This document shows, in pieces, positions 54,847-63,732 of a stretch of 64,000 bases of DNA. The position numbers and the translations under genes were made by a program. The stretch comes from Gemmatimonadota bacterium (GTDB lineage Bacteria; Gemmatimonadota; Gemmatimonadetes; Gemmatimonadales; GWC2-71-9): positions 806 through 64,805 of the forward strand of contig QHTZ01000066.1 of the NCBI GenBank assembly GCA_003221005.1. Reading direction: 5' to 3'. Within the stretch, counting starts at the first letter, position 1. Every line of letters starts with the position of its first letter. A model generated the notes under the pieces. The model worked only from the letters and a program-made list of their open reading frames with translations. It was not told the DNA's origin and made no database searches.

Positions 54847-57126
54847 TTAGCGCGAGACGACCGTGAAGCGCTGATGCCGCGTGAGCGTGACGCCGCTGGC
54901 GGGGTCGCTGATGCGCACACTCAGGACGTACTCGCCGCGCGGGACGTCGCGCAGCTCCAGCCGCCGGTGTACCCGTGTGACCGGCCCATCGCTCGGGGCA
55001 TCGAACCCGAACACCACGGGCGCGCGCCCGCCGCCACCGAACAGGCGAGCGATGGAGCCGAAGAACGAGCGACCGCCCTGTCGCTCGAGGCGCAGCACGG
55101 TGTGGTAAGGTGCTCCGCTTGGAAGGCCGTACACTTCGTAATAGAGCTCGGCCGCGGTGCCCGGGGTGAAGCGGTCGAGCGGATTGAGGAACACCGTGTC
55201 GCCGCGATCGTTCCAGACCAGCCCCGAGCCGGCGCGCCCCACAACCAGATCGCTGACGGCGAAGTGCTGGCCACTGAGCGCGCTCACCGCCACCGAATCG
55301 CGCGTGACAAGGTCGCCTGCGTCGCGACCCGGCTCTTCGACGAGGAGCCGGTACCGGTAGCTCCCGGGCGGAACCGCGACCGCGAGCCGCCCGGTCAGGT
55401 ACGTCCCCTCGGCGAGAGGCTGCCGCGCCGCGAACACGCGGGTCGTATCGAGCCGCGCCACCAGGCTGTCGGCGCCGTCGGTGACGAGCAACCGGAACGA
55501 CAAGGGATACACCACGCGCTCGCCCGCGGCAAAAGACGCGAGCCGTTGCGCCGGAATCGCGAACACGACGTGCAGTGCCGTGCCGGGGAGCCCCGAGTCC
55601 CCAACGACGAACTGTGACGTGATCACGTCCAGCGGCTGCTCGAACACGCGCCGGTAGCTGTCAGATGTCGTGCCGACGGCGATGCTATGCTGGCCCACGT
55701 CCCGCTCCTGGGCGAGCGCGCCGTTCACGTTCGCCGAGCCGAGTGCGTGGCCCAGCCGGGCGTACACCGGGCTCAGGTCCGCGCGCGACGCGAACAGACC
55801 GGTCGCGACGGGGCTCATGCCGCGTCGCGCCTGCAGTGCGAGCGCTCCACCGAGCCCGGCCGTCAGCGCGTCGGCGAGGCTTTCGACGAGTTTGAAGTCC
55901 TGCACCCCTTTGCGCGCGACGAAGTGGAAGAGTAGGTCGCCCTCGGGAGGGGGGCGGTGATACAACCACGTCTCGTTCGGCTCGACGGAGTCCGGAGCGA
56001 CATAGGTCGCGCGTCGGTCCGGGGGCCCGTGCCGCAAGTAGATGATCCCGCGGTCGTCGAGCTCGGTCTGGTCGCTGCGGAATCGCTCGGTGACGTCGTA
56101 GTGCCGGTGCCGGCTGACGAGCCGGAAGTTGCGCTCCGCGTAGAACCAACGGCGGTAGTGCTCGGCGAGGCGCTCGCCCGCGTCCCGCGCCTCGGCCAGG
56201 TCGCGCCGCTCCCAGAACGCCCGCAGCCACCGCACGCGGGCCGGCCCGCTGTCGAGCGAATCGAACGTCGCGCGCTCCCCGGGCGACGCAATCCACGCGA
56301 GGTCCTCGCGGTACAGCGCCACGGCCGCGGGCGTGGCGCTCGCCTGCGCCCCGGCGACGTAGGCGCGATAGCCCTCAGCCGGCCGGTGGCCGAAGTACAG
56401 CGTCCGCGCCTCTTCCAGCAGCCCGACGCCGGAGTCGCCCCGGAGCACGAGATAGGCCTGGAACGCCGCGAGCGCCGAGTCCGCGTCGCCGGCCGCGCGC
56501 TCCACGCGGCCCCGCGCCAGCTGGACTGCGGGCGCTCGTCCCGCCCCGGAGGCCGCCGCTTCTCGCGCCGCGCCCAGCGCGAGGTCAAGCCGCGGGGCGA
56601 TGCGCTGCGCCAGCGCTGTGCGCGCGAGGTCGACCGTCGCCTGGGCGTAGGAGGGATCGGCCTCCACCGCCTTCGCGAACGCGCGCGCCGCTTTGGACAG
56701 GTAATCCTTCCCCAGGATCTGCCGCAGGTTCTCGAGGCCGACGACCGCGTGCTCGCCGAGGGCGAGCTCGGCGAGCCCGTCCCCGTACCAGGGATACGGC
56801 CACTCCGGACGCAGCTGGGCCGCCCACTCGAACTCGCCCGCCGCGTCGTCGAAGTGCGACTTGCCCGCGACCTCGCCCAGCCGGTACGCGATGAGGCCGA
56901 GCCGGAGGTGAATGAGCGGATCGTCGCGGTTGCGCTTGGCGACGCCGATCGTCGTCGCCTCGAGCCGCTTGAGGCCGATGCTGTCGGTCGCACGGCTGAG
57001 CGAATCGCGCAGGCTGTCGAGCGCCGCGCGCTCGGTCGGGCTCTGCGCGCTGACGCTGGCGACGAGCGCGACGAGAGACAGTGGGAGGAGCGAGGGCCGC
57101 ACGCCAACCATGGTCGTCACTTTCAT
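54847..57126 (-). CDS. TPR + GWxTD-like domain protein (secreted)
   Basis: ATG 57126 (MKVTTMVGVRPSLLPLSLVALVASVSAQ signal peptide). N-terminal TPR-like helices. The central segment YRRWFYAERNF...DDRGIIYLRHGPPD...ETWLYH...FHF resembles the GWxTD domain. Confidence 0.55.
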   Translation of the reverse strand: MKVTTMVGVRPSLLPLSLVALVASVSAQSPTERAALDSLRDSLSRATDSIGLKRLEATTIGVAKRNRDDPLIHLRLGLIAYRLGEVAGKSHFDDAAGEFEWAAQLRPEWPYPWYGDGLAELALGEHAVVGLENLRQILGKDYLSKAARAFAKAVEADPSYAQATVDLARTALAQRIAPRLDLALGAAREAAASGAGRAPAVQLARGRVERAAGDADSALAAFQAYLVLRGDSGVGLLEEARTLYFGHRPAEGYRAYVAGAQASATPAAVALYREDLAWIASPGERATFDSLDSGPARVRWLRAFWERRDLAEARDAGERLAEHYRRWFYAERNFRLVSRHRHYDVTERFRSDQTELDDRGIIYLRHGPPDRRATYVAPDSVEPNETWLYHRPPPEGDLLFHFVARKGVQDFKLVESLADALTAGLGGALALQARRGMSPVATGLFASRADLSPVYARLGHALGSANVNGALAQERDVGQHSIAVGTTSDSYRRVFEQPLDVITSQFVVGDSGLPGTALHVVFAIPAQRLASFAAGERVVYPLSFRLLVTDGADSLVARLDTTRVFAARQPLAEGTYLTGRLAVAVPPGSYRYRLLVEEPGRDAGDLVTRDSVAVSALSGQHFAVSDLVVGRAGSGLVWNDRGDTVFLNPLDRFTPGTAAELYYEVYGLPSGAPYHTVLRLERQGGRSFFGSIARLFGGGGRAPVVFGFDAPSDGPVTRVHRRLELRDVPRGEYVLSVRISDPASGVTLTRHQRFTVVSR

Positions 57127-57217
57127 TATACCACAGCCGCCGTGGGCCTTTCGAGCCGTGAGTTTGTCCAATAGATTGGCAACCCGTAACTTCTGCGCTC
57201 TTGGAGCACCTCTCTCA

Positions 57218-58249
57218 GTGACGGCGTGCGCGTACTGCGGCCGCGACAACGAAGCGGGCGCCCAGTTCTGCATCGATTGCGGCAAGCCCCTCGGCAAGTC
57301 CAGCGGGATCAAGGCGGCCGCGGCGGTGTCGGGCACGCGCGACGCCGCAGCGCCCCTCCCGGCCGCGGCGCTCGGAGAGGAGGCGCGCTGTCCCTTCTGC
57401 GGCGCGCGTGCGACCGCCGGGCTGCCGTTCTGCGCGCACTGCGGGCGACGCCTCACCGCTCCCGGATCGGGCCCGAGCTGCGCGCGCTGCGCTTCGCGGG
57501 TGGCCCCGGGAGCGCGCTTCTGTCCTACCTGCGGCGCGCCGCTCAGCGAGCCGCCCCACGCGCTGGCGCGCACGTCCCCCGTGCCGCGGCGCAGCGGAGG
57601 CACGATCGCTCTCGTGCTGCTCGACGAGGCCGGCAACGTGACGGAGCGCTTCGACGGCCACAGGCCCGACGTGACGATCGGCCGGCAGGTCGGTGACATC
57701 CGCTTCCCGGACGATCCCTTCCTGTCCCCGCTGCACGCGAGGATCTCCTGGGAGCGTGATCGTCTCCTCGTCCGCGACCTGGGAAGCCGCAACGGCACCT
57801 GGGTATTCCTCGAGGCGCCGCATCGCCTGGCGGACGGCGATCTCCTGTTGATCGGCTCGCAGGTCGTGCGGTTCCGGCGCCTCGGTTATCCGGGACCGCA
57901 CGCACCGGACGCGGACGCCACCAAGCGCATGGGCAGCCTGATCCCGAGCGCCGACATCGCGAGCCTCACCCAGCTCCGCTCGGACGGCAGCGCCCGCGAC
58001 GTCGTGCAGCTCTCTCCCGGCCGGGACATCCAGATCGGGCGCGAGCAGGGAGACTGGACGTTCCCCTACGACCCCTCGATGAGCGCCGTCCACGCCACCG
58101 TCCGCTCAGAGGACGCCGACTTCGTGGTGATTGACGCCGGCAGTCGGAACGGCGTCGCCCTCGCCGCGCGCGGGGACGTGCCGTTGCAGCACGAGTCGCG
58201 CATTCTCGTGGGCGACAAGCTGCTGCGCGTCGACCTGCCGGCGTCATGA
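57218..58249 (+). CDS. triple zinc-ribbon, double FHA-domain protein
   Basis: GTG 57218. Three CxxC..CxxC ribbons (CAYCG..CIDCG, CPFCG..CAHCG, CARCA..CPTCG). Two FHA cores (TIGRQ..SPLHARI..DLGSRNGT and QIGRE..SAVHATV..DAGSRNG). Confidence 0.8.
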   Translation: MTACAYCGRDNEAGAQFCIDCGKPLGKSSGIKAAAAVSGTRDAAAPLPAAALGEEARCPFCGARATAGLPFCAHCGRRLTAPGSGPSCARCASRVAPGARFCPTCGAPLSEPPHALARTSPVPRRSGGTIALVLLDEAGNVTERFDGHRPDVTIGRQVGDIRFPDDPFLSPLHARISWERDRLLVRDLGSRNGTWVFLEAPHRLADGDLLLIGSQVVRFRRLGYPGPHAPDADATKRMGSLIPSADIASLTQLRSDGSARDVVQLSPGRDIQIGREQGDWTFPYDPSMSAVHATVRSEDADFVVIDAGSRNGVALAARGDVPLQHESRILVGDKLLRVDLPAS

Positions 58250-59838
58250 AAATCTGCTCCGTCTGCTCCACCCAGTATCCCGATGACGTGAGATTCTGCC
58301 CCAACGACGGGCAGACGCTGCGTGCAGCGGCGCCGGCGACGGACCTGGTCGGGCAGGTGGTGGCGGACCGCTACCACGTGCTGAAGAAGCTGGGCGAGGG
58401 CGGCATGGGTCAGGTGTACCTGGCCGAGCACGTGAAAATGGGCCGGCGCAGCGCCATCAAGGTGATGAACCCGTCCATGGTGCACGACCCCGATGCCGTC
58501 TCCCGGTTCAATCGCGAGGCCGCGAACGCAAGCCGCATCACGCACCCTAACGTCTGTGCGATCTATGACTTCGGCGAGACTACCGACGGCACCATCTACC
58601 TCGCGATGGAGTTTATTGAGGGCGAGCCGCTGACCGACCTGCTGCAGCGCGAGGGCGCGCTCGCCCCGTTGCGGGCCGCTCACATCTTCGTGCAGGTCGC
58701 GGACGCGCTCCAGGCAGCGCACGACCTCGGGATCGTCCACCGCGACCTGAAGCCCGACAACATCATGCTGACCCGCGCGCGCGACGGCGCCGACGTGGTG
58801 AAGGTGGTGGACTTCGGCATCGCCAAGGCCGTGGGCGGCGACGACAGCCAGAAGGTCACGAAGACCGGTCTCGTGGTCGGGACGCCGGAGTTCATGAGTC
58901 CGGAGCAGCTGGCGGGCGACAGGCTCGATGGCCGGAGCGACCTCTATTCGCTGGCGCTTGTCCTCTACAGGATGCTGGCGGGCAAGCTGCCGTTCGAGGC
59001 GACGTCGGTGCAGGAGACCATGATCAAGCGCCTCACGGACGAGCCGACGAAGCTCGCGGCGGCGCGGCCCGACCTCACGTTCCCGCCGGGCCTCCAGGAG
59101 ACGCTCGACGGCGCGCTCGCCCGCAATCCCGCCGAGCGCTACCAGTCGGTCGCCAAGTTCGCCGCGGACGTCGCGGCGGTCACCGGCCTCGGGCGTGGTG
59201 CCGGACCCACGACACCGATTCCCGTCACGCGCGCGGGCGCGAGCGCCGAGGGGAAAACCCAGCTGATGGACGCGGGCGGCGCGGTCAAGCCCGCGACCCC
59301 GCGGCCAGCGCCGCGCGCGTCCCCGCAAGCGCCAGCCAAGCGGCGCTCGCTGGTGCCTGCGATCGCCGGGGCCGTCGTCTTGCTCGGGGCCGGAGGCGGC
59401 TACATGCTCTGGGGACACCGCGGCGGCGCGACCGGCCCCGACACTGCACACGCTCGGACCGCGCCAGACACCGTGCGCCGGGACTCCGCCACACCGCCCG
59501 CCGCGAGCGGCGGTGGCCGTGCCACAGCGACCTCCGGACGCGACCACGGAACCACGCGCGCCGGCGGCATCGATCCGGCGAAGGCGGGAGCGCTGTTGAA
59601 CGGCTGGTTCGACCGGATCGACGACCTCAGCGGCGCGCTGCTCCGGGACTCGGCGCAGGCGGTGTTCGACACGCCGGGAGTCGCTGCGAAAGACCGCGCG
59701 CTCGCCGCCTACCTCGTCGCCAACGCCTACGCCAAGCTCGACCAGCGCTCTCAGGGGTGTGACTGGGCGCGTCGCGCCGCCACCCTCGACGGCGGCGTGC
59801 GGTCGTACCCGGCGCTGGTCCAGTCCCTCTGCCTCTGA
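58246..59838 (+). CDS. Ser/Thr protein kinase with N-terminal zinc-ribbon-like motif
   Basis: 530 aa. GEGGMGQVYLA, AIKV, HRDLKPDN, DFGIAK and SPEQ. One TM and a C-terminal extracytoplasmic domain. Confidence 0.9.
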   Translation: MKICSVCSTQYPDDVRFCPNDGQTLRAAAPATDLVGQVVADRYHVLKKLGEGGMGQVYLAEHVKMGRRSAIKVMNPSMVHDPDAVSRFNREAANASRITHPNVCAIYDFGETTDGTIYLAMEFIEGEPLTDLLQREGALAPLRAAHIFVQVADALQAAHDLGIVHRDLKPDNIMLTRARDGADVVKVVDFGIAKAVGGDDSQKVTKTGLVVGTPEFMSPEQLAGDRLDGRSDLYSLALVLYRMLAGKLPFEATSVQETMIKRLTDEPTKLAAARPDLTFPPGLQETLDGALARNPAERYQSVAKFAADVAAVTGLGRGAGPTTPIPVTRAGASAEGKTQLMDAGGAVKPATPRPAPRASPQAPAKRRSLVPAIAGAVVLLGAGGGYMLWGHRGGATGPDTAHARTAPDTVRRDSATPPAASGGGRATATSGRDHGTTRAGGIDPAKAGALLNGWFDRIDDLSGALLRDSAQAVFDTPGVAAKDRALAAYLVANAYAKLDQRSQGCDWARRAATLDGGVRSYPALVQSLCL

Positions 59839-59843
59839 CGCCC

Positions 59844-60881
59844 ATGTTCGGACGCGACCGCAAGACCATCCAGATCCGGGTGTTCGGCAAGACGGACCTC
59901 GGCCGCACGCGCGACCACAACGAGGACCGGTTCCTCGTGGCCGATCTGACCCGCCAGGATGCATCGCTGCTACCGCGCGTGCGGGAGCACGACGTCGGCG
60001 AGCGCGGCTCGCTGCTCGTGGTAGCGGACGGCATGGGCGGCGCGGCCGCGGGCGAGCTCGCGAGTGAGATGGCTACGGACACCATCTATGCTCAGATGGT
60101 GAAGATGTGGGGAGGCGAGGGAGAGCGAACGTCGCAACGGTTCGCCTATCGGCTCAAGGAGGCGGTCGAGGTCGCGAACAGCCACATCCACGCGTACGCC
60201 AAGGCGCACCCCGAGGTCCGCGGGATGGGAACTACGACCACGGCTGTAGGCGTGCTGGGCGACCACGTCTACCTCTCGCAGGTGGGAGACAGCCGCGCGT
60301 ACCTGATCCGGGACGGCGCGGCGGTCCAGCTCACGAAGGACCAGTCGTTGATGCAGCGCCTGGTGGAGGCGGGCGAGCTCACGGAAGAGGAGGCGGCCCA
60401 GAGCGAGCGCCGCAACATCATCCTCCAGGCGCTCGGTCCCGACGCCAAGGTGAAGGTCGACCTGACGCACCAAGAGCTGCGCCGCGGCGACGTGCTCGTG
60501 CTGTGCTCCGACGGGCTCTCCGGCCAGGTGAAGAAGGAAGAGATCGCCGAGATCGCCGGTAACGCGCCCGACCTCCAGGCGGCCTGCGAGCGACTGATCG
60601 CGCTCGCCAACGAGCGTGGCGGGCCGGACAACATCACGGTGATCGTCGCGCGCTTCGACGGCGATGGCCTCGCGCCCCCTGATGCGCGCGAGGAAGTGGG
60701 TCACCAGAGCTACCCGCTGATCGACACCGAGACCAGCACCGAGCCCGTTCCGGTGTATCGGGGTAGCCGGCCCCCGGAGCCCGCCCGGCACGCCCGCTGG
60801 CGCGCCGTGGTGACGGTGCTCCTGGCCGCCGCGCTCGTCGGCCTCGGCGTCTATCTGTACCGCTTCATGCGGAGCCCGTGA
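59844..60881 (+). CDS. PP2C-family Ser/Thr phosphatase, membrane anchored
   Basis: 345 aa. RDHNEDRF, ADGMGG, LCSDGL and GGPDNITV motifs. C-terminal TM helix. Confidence 0.9.
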   Translation: MFGRDRKTIQIRVFGKTDLGRTRDHNEDRFLVADLTRQDASLLPRVREHDVGERGSLLVVADGMGGAAAGELASEMATDTIYAQMVKMWGGEGERTSQRFAYRLKEAVEVANSHIHAYAKAHPEVRGMGTTTTAVGVLGDHVYLSQVGDSRAYLIRDGAAVQLTKDQSLMQRLVEAGELTEEEAAQSERRNIILQALGPDAKVKVDLTHQELRRGDVLVLCSDGLSGQVKKEEIAEIAGNAPDLQAACERLIALANERGGPDNITVIVARFDGDGLAPPDAREEVGHQSYPLIDTETSTEPVPVYRGSRPPEPARHARWRAVVTVLLAAALVGLGVYLYRFMRSP

Positions 60882-62314
60882 GAGTCCAGCTCCGCTACCT
60901 GTCAGGCGCCCGCGCCGGACAGGTGGAGGTCTTCCGCAAGGCCTACATCGGGCTGGGCCGGCATCCGCTTTCAGACGCGCGCTTCGACGCCGAGCGCGAC
61001 CTCGATGTCTCCTCGCGCCACGCCGCCATCATCCGCCAGGGCGACAGGTTCATCCTGCGCGACCTCGGCAGCAAGAACGGCACCCTCGTCAACGGACGCC
61101 TCGTTGCGGCTGACCTGCCGATCAAGGACGGCGACGTGATCGGATTCGGCGCGCAGGGACCTTCGGTCGAATTTCACGTGCTCGAGGCCGACGCCCGAGA
61201 GGACGTTTCCGCCGCGGCGCACGCCTCCGCGGCGCGGATCTCATCCCCGCGCGATCAGTTCCAGGCCGTCCCTCCAACCCCCGCGCCGGCTCGCTCGAGT
61301 ACGGCGGCCCGCATCGCGACCGAAGTGCAGCATCAGACGCGGCACCTGCGGCGCACCACCAAGGTGCTGCTTGTGCTGCTGCTCGCGAGTGTAGCCGGCT
61401 TCACGTGGGTGCAGTGGCGGAGCGCCCGAAACGCGCGCGAGATCGTCAGCCTCCAGGCGCGAGCCGACAGCCTGAACGTCGCGGCCCAACAGCTGCTGAC
61501 CCGGCTGCAGTCCGAACTCCAGAGCCTGCGCGATGCGCTGCGGCAGTCCCAACTCGAGGTGGCCCACCTGCGGAGCGAGCTCGCTGCCGCCGGCGCGAGC
61601 GGCGACCCGACGTCGGTCGCCCGCCTGCGCGCCGAGCTAGCCTCAGCCGAAACGCGGCAACGGGGCATCGCCGACGCTGCGACGGTGGACTACCGTGCCA
61701 TCTCGCACCACAACGCCGACGCGGTCGCGCTGCTGGAGGTGAAGTTCTCCGACGTTGAAGTGTTCAGCAGCACCGCCTTCGCCATCGACTCGCAGGGCAC
61801 CCTGGTGACCAACCGGCACGTGCTCGTGGGTGAGGAAGGCAATCGCCGGCCCCTCGCCATCGCCGTCAAGTTCTCGGGGAGCAAGCAATGGTTCCGGGGG
61901 CGGATCGTCGGCGTGTCGGACTCGGCCGACATCGGAGTGCTCAAGGTCGAGATTCGGGGCGGCACGCCTCGCGTCACCGGCCTCGCGGCAGGCCCGGAGA
62001 GCGTGCAACGGGGCGACCCCGTGGCCATCATCGGCTACCCGCTCGGGGAAGACCTCCCGATGGAGCGGCAGGGCCTGAGCGCCATCGCCGATCCCACGCT
62101 CACCGTCGGAACCGTGAGCAAGGTGTTGCACGCGGTGGTCCAGGTGGACGGGTACGGCGCGCCGGGATCATCGGGGAGTCCGGTCTTCGGCCGGGACGGC
62201 CGCGTGGTGGCGGTGCTCTATGGTGGCGAGCGTGAATCGCAGGGGAAGATCATCTACGCGGTTCCCGCCAGTGCGGTCGCGGAGTGCTTGAGGCGGCTTC
62301 AGGCGATCCACTGA
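60878..62314 (+). CDS. FHA domain - TM - coiled coil - trypsin-like serine protease fusion
   Basis: 478 aa. FHA core (GLGRHP..SSRHAAI..DLGSKNGT), TM (VLLVLLLASVAGFTWV), coiled coil, and an S1 protease triad context (TNRHV, DIGVLKV, GSSGSPV). Confidence 0.8.
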   Translation: MRVQLRYLSGARAGQVEVFRKAYIGLGRHPLSDARFDAERDLDVSSRHAAIIRQGDRFILRDLGSKNGTLVNGRLVAADLPIKDGDVIGFGAQGPSVEFHVLEADAREDVSAAAHASAARISSPRDQFQAVPPTPAPARSSTAARIATEVQHQTRHLRRTTKVLLVLLLASVAGFTWVQWRSARNAREIVSLQARADSLNVAAQQLLTRLQSELQSLRDALRQSQLEVAHLRSELAAAGASGDPTSVARLRAELASAETRQRGIADAATVDYRAISHHNADAVALLEVKFSDVEVFSSTAFAIDSQGTLVTNRHVLVGEEGNRRPLAIAVKFSGSKQWFRGRIVGVSDSADIGVLKVEIRGGTPRVTGLAAGPESVQRGDPVAIIGYPLGEDLPMERQGLSAIADPTLTVGTVSKVLHAVVQVDGYGAPGSSGSPVFGRDGRVVAVLYGGERESQGKIIYAVPASAVAECLRRLQAIH

Positions 62315-63732
62315 AGGACGCGTCTCGCCGCCGCGCGCTGCATCAGCGGCTGCCCGTGCCAGCAGCACAGGATCGCAGCGTCCCCGGGGATTTGCGCGAC
62401 GAGCCGCGGGTGGGCGAACAAGACGACGAGCGCGGCTCCGGGCGCGAGCCGCCGCAGCGCGCGGAGCGAGCGCGCACCCAGGTCGGCCCGCCCCTTCCAC
62501 GACCGTGGCTCGGCGTAGACGAGCACCACCCTCGTCCCCCGTCCCCCGACCCCCGTTCCCACACCGTGCTCACGTAGCTCCCGCGCGAAGATATCCCGCG
62601 GCCCGACGACGTATGGCCCCCCGACGTCATCATCCACGATCGACACCGCGAGCGGAGCTCGGATCACGAGAGTCGTGCCGCGCACCAGACGCATCACCCG
62701 ATCGGCCAGCCCGTCGGCGAATGCGGCGTGGCCCGCGAGATCAGGCTCCCCCTGATCGGGCCCGCGGTCCCACGACGCGGCCGCGCGCTCGCAGCGCGCG
62801 AGCGCCTCGTCGGCCCGCGCGGTGGGGATGACGCTTCCCACCGCGCGATCGAGCGCCCGCACCACGGAGGCAAAGTCCTCCGGATAGAGGAGCGCGTCGC
62901 ACCCGGCCGCGACGGCCGTTGCCGTCGCGGGCGCCTCCCGCTCGCTCGCCGTAGCCCCGGCCATGATGAGGGCGTCGGTCACGACGAGTCCGGAGAAGGC
63001 GAGCGTGTCGCGCAAGGCCCCGAGGATCACGGGCGAGAACGAGGCGGCGCGCCCGCTCGGGTCCCACCCGGGGTAGGCGACGAAGGCGCTCATCACGCTC
63101 CCGACTCCGGCGCGGACGGCGGCCGCAAAGGGCGCGAGGTCGGACTGCTCGAGCTCCGCGAGAGGCGCGGTGACGCGGGGCAGCACCGCATGCGAGTCCT
63201 GCGTGGTGCGGCCGTGCCCGGGATAGTGCTTGGCGCACGCCAGGACGCCGTGTTCCTGGCAGCCACGGATCCAGGCGACGGCGTGCTCGCCGACGAGGCT
63301 GGGGTCGGCGCCGAACGAGCGCGTCTGCACGATCGGATTCCGGGGCTCGGCGTCGAGGTCGCACACCGGGGCGAACGCCCAGTTCACGCCTACCGAGCGA
63401 GCTTCCGTCCCGGAGATGACGCCGGCCGTATGGGTCGTCTCGACGTCCCCCAGGTCCCCGAGCGCGGCGGGCGGGGGCAGCTCCGTAAGGCCGCCGACCT
63501 GCTGCGCCGCTCCGCGCTCCAGGTCAGCGCCGATGAGCAGCGGACGAGCGGCCGCACGGCGCAGCTCGGCCGTGAGCGCGGTGACCGACTCGCGGTCGCC
63601 GCCGAACAGGATGAAGCCGCCCACGCCGGCCGCGAGCGCCGCGTCGATCTTGGCGTGCTCGTGCGCGAAGCCGCCGTGCGCGGGCCGCGAGCGCAGCGAG
63701 GGGAAGACCAGCCGCGCGAGCGACGCGCTCAT
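62299..63732 (-). CDS. nagZ: beta-N-acetylhexosaminidase (GH3, NagZ-like)
   Basis: 477 aa. KHYPGHGRTTQDSH and VVTDAL motifs. The C-terminal extension contains a heptad-repeat-encoded GVGTGVGGRGT segment. Confidence 0.8.
   Translation of the reverse strand: MSASLARLVFPSLRSRPAHGGFAHEHAKIDAALAAGVGGFILFGGDRESVTALTAELRRAAARPLLIGADLERGAAQQVGGLTELPPPAALGDLGDVETTHTAGVISGTEARSVGVNWAFAPVCDLDAEPRNPIVQTRSFGADPSLVGEHAVAWIRGCQEHGVLACAKHYPGHGRTTQDSHAVLPRVTAPLAELEQSDLAPFAAAVRAGVGSVMSAFVAYPGWDPSGRAASFSPVILGALRDTLAFSGLVVTDALIMAGATASEREAPATATAVAAGCDALLYPEDFASVVRALDRAVGSVIPTARADEALARCERAAASWDRGPDQGEPDLAGHAAFADGLADRVMRLVRGTTLVIRAPLAVSIVDDDVGGPYVVGPRDIFARELREHGVGTGVGGRGTRVVLVYAEPRSWKGRADLGARSLRALRRLAPGAALVVLFAHPRLVAQIPGDAAILCCWHGQPLMQRAAARRVLQWIA
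62531..62563. repeat. solo GGGGACG-type heptad arm (element g) inside nagZ
   Basis: CTCGTCCCCCGTCCCCCGACCCCCGTTCCCAC. The first 17 nt are identical to 38821-38837 in dnaX. Confidence 0.85.
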
